The notes beneath the pieces are model-generated. The model searched no databases and was not told the origin of the DNA. It saw nothing but the letters and a program-made list of their open reading frames with translations. A program made the translations under genes and the position numbers. A stretch of DNA of 64,000 nucleotides from Schizochytrium sp. TIO01 (Eukaryota; Protista; Bigyra: Labyrinthulomycetes), in the NCBI GenBank assembly GCA_004764695.1, contig SMSO01000033.1, positions 1,240,001 through 1,304,000 on the forward strand, given 5' to 3'. Positions 54,185 to 64,000 of the stretch are shown in pieces (the first letter of the stretch is position 1; every line of letters starts with the position of its first letter).

Positions 54185-57100
54185 TTTACATGATGCAAGT
54201 AACTTACCGGTGAGCACATAACCGCATTCAATTCAAACTATTTGCTGCTGTCCTTTGAGAGCATAGGAAGAAACTAGTTTAAGCTTCGTACCCCCAAAAC
54301 TTTGATACTTGATAGCAACCAAACAGCATCTTCAAAAATGCAGCAGAGGTAGTGGTGTGCGTGCTCTTCACTCCCCAAATGGAAGGTGAAATAACTGGCA
54401 CTAACGGTAGTTTTTTAGTTTCGCATTGAAAAGAAATAAATAAATAAAATCACTTGATACTTTTTAAATTTAAAAATATGTTTTTAAATTCAGTAGTGCA
54501 TTTTTAAAAAAGAGAGAGAAAGAATATGTTACGCTACAAGAATTCTTAAGTGCTATTAGAAGGTACCTAGTTCGCAAACGAATTCCCATAATGAGTTAGT
54601 TACTAACCACTAATTCTGAGAGCACGCACTTTTTTGCAATATATTCCGCGCTAAGTCAGTCCTTTCCCCAGCTTTGTCTGTCTTCCGAAGTTATATAATC
54701 AGTTTCTCACCAAATGCTTCGTTGTCAATGGAAGGCTCACAATGCTGCCATTCTAACTTCACGTAACAATGAAAAGAGTCTTCTGGCTATCGAAAGAACA
54801 AATCGCCGGTTTTAGCAGAATAATTCTTGAGGGCGGCTCCTAGACTTCACAAGGTTAAAATGTTAAAGACCAACTGAGCCTCCTATATTGACTGGCCACG
54901 AGATCATTGGTGGTGCATGGCTGCATTTATTCAAAGGTGTGAGACTAGAAAAGGGCATTGCGAGAGGATGTAGGCGCGTTAATGAGATAAATTGAAGACT
55001 TTATGTAGCGTACTGTTTAAGCCAAGAAAATAATTGCAGAAGGTTTGTTGTAAAATATTATCACAAATACATCACAATTCATTTTTTTGTGCAATTCAAA
55101 TTCAAAGATTGACGCTGTAGCATAACCTACCTATTCAAAGCTTACTTTGAGCTCATGATTCACAAATGCTTGTCTGTCTGTAGAGTTACTTTGGCATAAA
55201 ATAGTGTTAAACTATTGACATGACAGAAGTCTGAGTACCCATGAATTTGCAGAGGGCTATATTAAAGACGAAATGAAACTTGTTCTTCAGTACGATCAAC
55301 TTGGTTTCTAATATCAGATGGCTTTGTGCACTTCTGAGTAGTTGAATGAAGTGATTAGAACTAAGACTTCAAGTCCGGGCAGAACCTGACAGCTGTTTCA
55401 GCCTTAACTCTAAGGTTCTCAAGCTCCTCATTTCAGACAAAGATAGCTTGTATTCCTGGGACCTGCTAATGAAAGAGCAGCACGATCGCCAGCGACGTCA
55501 AAGCACAATATTTGATTGATTGTTTATTAATTTTGGAGAGTGTCCTAGTTTTACGCACAAAGCTACACGAAAGATTAGATTGCATAAAATCCTGTGTAAA
55601 TCAATGTCCATCTTCTATCCATTACTCCAATTTTTGCTACGAGTCATGGTCCATGCTTTTATCCCGACTGTCCGAGGTTATGTACAAGGCTGAGCAAGTT
55701 GCAAGGAAACCCCACCTTAGCAGAGAGAGCATAGCTTAAGAAGGTCTGTCACATGCTCCATTCGAACACAGGCGTTGCTTTCGGGAAAAGGATCAACGCC
55801 ACCTCTTTGGACAAAGTTCCGCGCTGGACCTGAGGCGAAGAACCTCGAATTGACAATGAGTTATCGAGGCGAAGTGGAGCGTTCTTCTCTCTCCGCCTCT
55901 CTTTATTGCAGTAGGTAGTCAGCAATGTTCCTTTAAGTGACATGCAAAGGAAACATAGAAAGAACAGCGCTTGTCAGCGCCCAAGAAGTGCGGACTTGGA
56001 GCATCTTCCACTTCCCAAAGAGACTTATGGAGTGAGTCTCTACTGCCCTTGCCTCCTCGTCATTGTCTAAAACTTACTTATGCCATCAGTTGTTAGGGAT
56101 ACCTGGTAGAAGGGGATAGTACCTCACTTCGATGAATCGAGAAAAACATTGTTTCAAGTGTATAGAGAAGGAAAGAAAAGGAAAGAATACCAAAGTAGGG
56201 TATCTGGCAGTGTGTAAGGAAAGAGAGAATTATCTGTCCGTGAAATTCTGAGTGCAGGGTATACATATAACAAGGATATTGAAGAAAGAAGGTATTCCTG
56301 ACTCATTCATGGGCGTGTGTGATGATGCTGTGTCCAAGGGGTGCAAAAAAACGTTTTCTCCTTCATCCAAAGGGCTTTATCAGGCCAGAGTAAGAGGCAA
56401 AAAGTATTAGGAACGGATTGCTTACTTTAAACATCACGGGCGGCTTTTGATTCCATTTATTACCATTTTAATAATCTTTTTAAAATAATAATAACGTAAA
56501 AGTAGTTTTAAAATAAACATAATTAATAATAAAACAATTCTTATTTTAAAAAAAATAAAGAAAAAAACGTTTTTATTTTTACAGACAAAAAATAGCTTGC
56601 ACAAAGTTTGAACCCCACCATCTGGACATGTCAACTTGAAACATGGTAACGTGAGTGCTGCAGAGCCTTTGTAATTTCTAGACAGCTGTTTTTCGGCATC
56701 TTCATGGCTGGTCCTGCTGCGAAGATAACAATTCTAATTTTTTCTTCGGTTCTAAATCTAAAGCAATACTTTCTACCTTCTTGTAGAAAACTAAAAATTA
56801 AAGAATGCATTACGAATCGTTATAAAAAAAATAAATAAAAAATAAAAAACTCACTTTCGGGTACTCCAAATAAATCCTCCACTAAATTTCTGAATCCTAG
56901 AAACAAAATATAACTGAGTATAAGGAAACATCTTCAAAACCTTTCTCTTGAAAAGCTGGACCTGGTAGTTTGTGTGAGGGTGCGAAAGAGCGCGAGCTTT
57001 GGAAAGCAAAACAAAAAGGACGAAAAGCACAAAAGGCTCTGGATGTTTCTTTTCTAGCACTAGCTACGCATGGTTCGCGCTGGCCTCAAACTGGCAGTGG

Positions 57101-60100
57101 CTGCCCCGATGGCTAGCTGCAAATGCAGAATCATCTTCCCTTCTTCGATGTCCTCTGCGGCTGCCACGAGTTGCAAGTCTTCTTGAGCTCTAAATCCGCT
57201 GCGGTGCAGCACTTTTCTCTTCAACAGTGTACGTTTCAATGGAGTTTGAATTTATTAGTGAGTGAGAGAATGTTTTACTTACGGTGGCCATCATGAGACA
57301 ATCAATGAAAAGCCATGGAAAGAACGAGGATGAACATCCATTTGTAAGCGGGTTTATTTCTTCATTCCCTCATTTCTTTTGTCTGTCTGCGAAAGAGCGC
57401 GCGGAGACCACATCCACCGATTCTCCACATTGCACAGAGCACAGCAACAAACACGCCATCTCCTGACACACACGCACACGCGATCTCTCGAGGTCGCCCG
57501 CCTCTCAGCTTTTCCTGCTTTTTTTCCAATCTTGAAAAAATCAGTCAACAGTCAATAAAAACAAGAGAGAAAATAAAATCAATCAGTCAATCAATCAGTC
57601 AATCAATCAATCGGTCATTCCCTTTGTTTCCATGTCTGCAGCAATTCAGCCTCGGCTGTATCTTCAATATGGGTTGACCTTTGCAGAACGAGCAGATTTA
57701 AGGCGCCTCGAAGGTGATCTATCGCGCCGATTGCTTCGCCAGGGCAGCTCAAGGCTCTAGACCTGTAAAGTGGCGCTGCAAAAAAGAAACGAACGGCAAT
57801 TGCTGTTCCCTTCTTTTTTTAAAATTAAATGTCACTTTATTAATTATTATTATTTTGAAAAGATAAAAGTTTTGGCGACTTCCGACTACTAAAACTTTTA
57901 GGTAGGTAGGTAGGTATGTTTCTAGATCCTTGTAGCAAGTACCTTCCTTGCAGAGATAACGATGCAGAGAAAAGGGTAGAAAATAAGGAAATCCCAGACA
58001 AGAGATGTGAATTACTCCGCTCTGCGCTGCATTTGCTCGCGATATCTGCACTGCCCGCCCCCCCCTCGGACGTCCTCCCTCCCTGCCACAAGCTTCTCTC
58101 CTTTCTGAGATCCTTCGGAAGCCGCCAACCTAGGAACGAATTATCTCTGCTGAGGCTCTTTGTGCCCACCCTTGTTCATTATTATAAATTAAAGAAAAAG
58201 AAGAATCACACCGGGCCTGAGAACGCCCGTTTGGAACGGAACTAAATGTGACATGGTACATCTCTACAAATAAACTGAGGAAATGCTTGGATGCACGAAA
58301 TCCCGATCTCAGTCTCGCCATGTTATCAGCCTCGAAACGCTGATATTCCACGTTAAAGCCGGTCGCGAGGTGGCCACAGAAAGGAATCGTTTACGGACCT
58401 CCGAGAGCGTCGGGCCATCAACGCGTGATTTAGTCAAGAAAGGCGACTTTGGAGATCATGATATGAAGACAACTTTGTAGGCATTGTTTATGTATAACGA
58501 AAAAAACAAAAAAACAGTACGAGTATTAGGAAAAGAAAAGAAAAAAGAAGAAAATCCCAGGAAACCAAGGTTAGGTCCGGTTCATAGGTCTATGCACTTG
58601 TGCCCGTCCCCAACGCGAAGTCTGCCTTGCATTGCGCCCAAACCATCTCCAGGCCTCTGCTTGTGCTGCTCTTTGCGCGTGATTCCTCTGCTTTGTGAGG
58701 TACTGGTCAACCACCATCGAAGAGGAGGCTAATTCGTTCGTCTTGTGAAGTGCAGATGTTCCAGGCGTTCCAGCGCTCATGATCACAGAGAATAAGTAAA
58801 TAATCAAGACCAGGTAAGAAGACGGACGCGGGAAGAACGATGACCGTGAATAGAACGGTTTGTGCATTATTCGCGCTCTACAAAGTCAAACTGGGCGGGA
58901 CAAAGCTGAGAACATTTGGAGAGATTGATGATTTCCTGAAAACCATAACTACAGAATTCGGAAAGGCTGAATCGCATCCAAAAGCCACCAACCAATAAGT
59001 CACTAAGTTTACGACCGTGTGGCCGCCTGGCCGACAGGCGAGCTCTGAAAGAGAATGCCTTGGCGAGAACAGGGCCGACACTTGGCAGGCCACGATGATT
59101 AAATGAGCGGCGCTTTACGCCTTGGGAACGTGTACATCGCAGCAGAGGGTTCGAGGGACCTTTTTTTGGAGGCTGCTTTTCAGAAAGGCGCCGTGGCCTT
59201 CCTCTAGTTGCGGCTCCTCCACTGCAGAAGTCGTGCGGATCGGTCCTTGAAGAAACTAAGCAAAGAAAGAACTCACGATTTGCGTGTCTGTGTGTCTGTG
59301 TGTCTGTGTGTCTGGAATGAGGAGGATGCATTGGGGATTTGAATTTTCAATTGATCTCGTCGCCTCATCCTCGAAATTGCACGACAGCACTCATCCTCAG
59401 CCGACATTCCACACGCAGACGCCTGAGAAGCTTGCTTGCCTCCTGCACGCTCGAGCTCGAGAGATGCAGTCGTCGCTAGACGCGAGCGAGGACTTGTGAA
59501 GAACCCGCTCCAAGCCATAGTAGCCAGCTAAAGTAGGTGATTGGCTCCGGTACATTTGCGAGGTGCCGCCGCTCTCGCTTCATTTCAATGCTGTGCGTGG
59601 ACAGGACATGGCGCCATTCCCCGTCTCCCTTTGGGCTTCGTCCATCCATCCCTCCGTCCATTCAGGCGCCCGTTCCCTCGACAGGCACTGCCGCAAAGCG
59701 CTTTGAATCCGCTCATGATGGATTGAATGAGTGAGTGAGTAGTGCTCTGCTCTCTGTGGCTGATTAGTAATAATATGAACAATAATAATAATAAGAAGAA
59801 GAAGAAGATTGTATTCAAATTCAAGTTCGTTTCTTCGCCTCCTTTTACAAGGCTACAATCTTCACTTTCGTTTGCATTCAAAACAGGGAAAGACTATCTC
59901 CCCCTTAAAACCAGAAAGGCGCTAACAAGTTAAGGCCAAGGCAGGAAAGACACCACCTCAGGAGTGGTCGCAGGCAAAACCTTCTTTCCATCCACTTTGC
60001 AACCAGTGGTGCAAAAACAAGGCCTCAGAAATCAAGAAACCGGCGAGGAATCCAAACGTCTGCTCAAAACACTGCGCATATCGTGACCTTCTGAGACCGA

Positions 60101-63100
60101 GTTTGCCTGACGAAGCGTTTCAAACAGCTTTTTCACGGGACTCGTTCCTCTGTCACAAAGCGACTCTCTATCTTCCCTGAGGGCTCTCAGAGCACAGTAC
60201 CGTATCGTATTATAGAGTATACGTTAACAACGTTGCTAGTTCCACTGCCAGTTCGACGACAATCTCTTTTTCTACTGCTTCCTCAAAGGGACGTTGCAGA
60301 TGGGTCCTAGTAGGCACCTACTACAAAACTTTCTCAACACTTGAAGCACGCATATAACATATGGTTAGTACTTCACGTAAGTATGACCTAGAGATGAATC
60401 CTGGTGCGCCAGTATGACCAAGCACGTTTGTCCCTTTCTCCTCGTCATCGAGCATTGAAAGCTGTTTGCTGGAGGTGGTAGGGAATTATGTATGCGGGTG
60501 GTAGAGATGCAAGTAGGTCGACAGGTGGAGAAGATGATGAGGTGTGTTTTGTTGGCTGAGGTGCCAGATCTTCGTTTGAAGTTTGCCGAAGTTGCACTGA
60601 TTTAGGCGCAGGTTCCTACATCTCGATTGCAAAAGCATCTTTTCTTCTTGTTGTATGTCTGACCTCTGTTCTTTGGTGAAACTTAAGTTACTTTCTTCTT
60701 TCATAGAACTTCTCTTTTTCAGAACTAAAACAAAAAAGTCAAAGTTTTTACTCTTTTTTAAAAATAAATTATCAATAATGATAGTCATATAATATATAAT
60801 ATAATGTGGGCTTTCTATATGACAAAATTGGAGGCACCTGAGAGTGCAAGGAAAAAAAAGTATTTTTTTACTATTGTAGTGCCTAATGCTGTAACTATCT
60901 ACGACTATCCTAGACGGACCGTAAGTGAGTGAGTGAGTGAGTGACGAAATAGTGCATTATAATAAGTCAATCCTGGCGAACGAGTCTTTTCTAATCTAAA
61001 GTAAGGCACAGCCGGCTAGTCAGCTAGCTAGTAAATAGCTTAGTGAGGAAAAGAACTAAGCACAAGGCTAGTGAGGAAAGGGCCCACTTTCGTTCGCTTT
61101 TCTCCGACCCCAGTGCCATGACTACCGTGGCGTGGCGTCTCTGGATCAGGTTCTGACGCAGTTTCCTTTCCCGTCGCAAGTCAGGTTTTTCCTGGCCCGA
61201 AGACGCGGCCTATCCCTGCTTTCTTGACTCCAATATCGCTGAGAGCGCTTGGACTCGAAGAGATCGGTCAGTAATTAAATAAGCCAGTTTATCTATCCAT
61301 CATGGATGTAATTTTCCATCTTTTGCACCAAAAACTTTAGTTTCACTGCGCAGGCGTAACGAGTGTATAGACAGCCTTAGCGCCGCACTAATGCTCACGG
61401 CGTGCGTACAAAACGAGGCAGAAAGAAACGCACGCCACAGTTGGTTTCCTGCTCGGGCCTCGCCCAGAACAGCACATAAAAGCTCCAAGCCGCCTCCTGG
61501 AGCACCCCTTCTGCGTCTTCGAAGGATGAAAACCTCATGGCACCTATCAGCATCCGCAGAAAACTATCTTTCTGCAGAGCCAATGCCGTTCAAGAGCCTC
61601 TCAGGCTGAAAAATCCTCAGCTCATTCCTAAGGAAAGGTCGGTCTCCATCCTACGAGTCCCTAAGCTTCTATTACGAGCCCATGCCGTCTAGGAGCGTCT
61701 AGGTAGTATCTATGGGGAAACCACATCGCAGGAACTTTGGGAACTCTTCATGCGTCTGTATGAAAATAGGTGAGTAGATAAATGCATGAGTGAAAGAGAG
61801 TGAGAATGCAAAAGGCATTTGGTCATTTATTTCATTCTTGAATTGGTGCGTTGGTACGCAGCTGGGCAAATTAATAGACCGACGCCTTGTCTTCGGCAGT
61901 GGGCGACGTTATGGTGGCCACCGACGGCCTTACGGTCACGAGAGGCTGGCCTCTGATCCAGACTTCACGCGCTTCGGGCTAGATTGCGAGGTGTGCGGTG
62001 AAGAGCCCTGTCTACTTACTTACTATGAAGGAAGGAGAGAAAGAATCGCAAGACGATGTTTTGAGATTACTTTTCCATGCAGGTAAGTAACATAACAATT
62101 CAAGATATAACAAAATACGATAAAATAAAATATATAATAAATAAGTACAAAGAATGACTGCCTACCCAACCCAGTGAAGTAAAGCCTTAAAGCGGAGGAG
62201 AACTCGATGCTCAAAATAAAACAAAGCATCGCATACGTGTTGCATTCACTGTCAGACGCCACGAATAAGGGTCTGAACGTTATGGAATCAGCTCAAGGAC
62301 AGAGGCATAGAACGGAAGTTGGTGCTATTGAGCGAGGGATGGCTCATTCACCTAACGATCCAGGCAGAACAGGTTAAAAAGAAAACAGGGGAAAGAACAC
62401 CGCGCAGAACAAGAACGTTGAGAGAACAGCAGCCTTGAAGTTTTAAGCGCAGCGTGGAGGAGAATTGATCAGAGTCAAACCAAAAAAAGTAACATAACAT
62501 TGTTGGACTTGGGTCCACACTCAAGCAGCCTTACTAAAGCGGCCCCAAGCATTGCGAGAAGGCTCAAAGCCCTCTTTGAGGAGGACTCCGATTACGTGTA
62601 GTGTGTACGTGTGCGATGCGCGCATAGGCTTTCAATACCTTTGTAATCCTGTTATGCAGTTTACGTGAAAAAAACACTAAAAAGCAGAAGACATTTTACA
62701 TAAATTCGGGACCCACTGAACAAGAGGCCATCAAAAGAGGAACACGGACAGCAAACACCACTTTGTCCACAGATCTCCGCACTCTAATTCGGCGTTCCAG
62801 AGTGCCAGAGTGTCTGTCGGCAGCCTCCTCAGGTTTGGCCTGTTCTTTCAAAGCTTTCATTATTCTTCCCGTTGTTCTGTTCCTTGTCCTCTGCTTCTCC
62901 TCCCATTGACGCTCTCATCGGTCCTTCCCTTTCGCCGAAAATCGTTCTGATTTCTTTTACATAAAAAGAAAACACTTAATCCTTCCTTGTTTCCTTGCTT
63001 CCTTGCTTCCTTGCTTCCTTCCTCCGCAGAGTATGTTCTATACTCCAAAGAGAGAAAGAAAGAGAGAGAAAGAGCGCCAGCTCGAGGGGTCTTTCTTAGT

Positions 63101-64000
63101 TTCTTCCTCTTTCCCCTTTAAGCTTCGATTTGGTTTCGCTCTTCGACGAGGTATCGTCCGTGTTAAAATCGATGCTGCCTTTTCATAAGCTCACCAAAGC
63201 AGGGCTGCCGAAGAAGAAGACGGAGAAGCAGGAGAAGAGCTAGCTGCGAATGCAAATCCACACATCCCAAAGAGCGCGTTTCTTCAGCTGGAACCGACCC
63301 AAAGAGCTCGAAAACGTTATCTTCTCGGCCTTCTTTCAGGCACCCATCGCTCTGAGTCCTTCTTGTGCAAAATAGTTGTTTATGAGTTTGTTTCTTTACC
63401 CGTTTATCTCATTGGAAAAGGGAAAATCAATCGCTCTCTTTCTTTCTTGTGTTGTTAGGTAGGCAGGTGCCCACGATTCTAGTGGTAATTACTTATACAT
63501 AGGAACATTCGAGCGCAATTGGAACAAAAGGACTTCGCTACAACAGGAAAAGCGCAACAAACAAACAAACGAACAAACAAACAAACAATCAATCAATCAA
63601 TCTAACTAAAAGCATTATCTCGGTAAGTTGCATACGATTGTTGTTGCGAGTGGAGGCGTGTGAGGTTCTTCATAAAGGCGCCTCAGCGCTTCAGGGAACG
63701 AAGAAGGCCTTTCTTGGACGCGGTTTGGAGGACCTTCACTTATTTAATTCGTGTTTTTGTCTATATTTTAATTTTTTTTTTTAAACATAATGTTTATTTT
63801 TATTATACATTTTTTAAAATAAATTTTCACTCAATCTGATCGATGGCCCGTTCCTAAGCAGTTCGTGTTCTTCATTGAAAGAACACCGCTGCTGACTGAT
63901 AGAGCAGCTGAACAGAAGGTGAAAAAGAACAATCCAAATCCACTTCGGACTCAGCGGAAAGAAAGTAAGAAGCAAACCAAACCAAACCAAAGCCATGCAC

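Overview
Eukaryotic (protist-like) genomic DNA with short GT-AG introns and mostly single-exon genes. The style suggests a stramenopile such as a thraustochytrid, but that is inference only. Positions 4.5-36 kb are gene-dense. They hold two tandem 2-exon secreted class-3 lipase-like paralogs, a SET/post-SET protein, ECM29, a PTC7-type PP2C phosphatase, an ankyrin+BSD protein, an unorthodox aquaporin, a coiled-coil protein, exocyst Sec5/EXOC2 and a 3-exon bacterial-type nitroreductase. From ~36 kb to the end (~28 kb) I found no credible intact gene; the DNA is microsatellite-rich and alternates between AT-rich and GC-richer blocks. The main hidden element, which the ORF track shows only as fragments, lies at ~39.9-41.9 kb on the minus strand. 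It is a decayed IS607-type transposon encoding a serine-recombinase TnpA and a TnpB/Fanzor2 RNA-guided nuclease, followed by hairpins where an omegaRNA would be expected and bounded by imperfect inverted end sequences. All family assignments come from motif recognition, not database searches.
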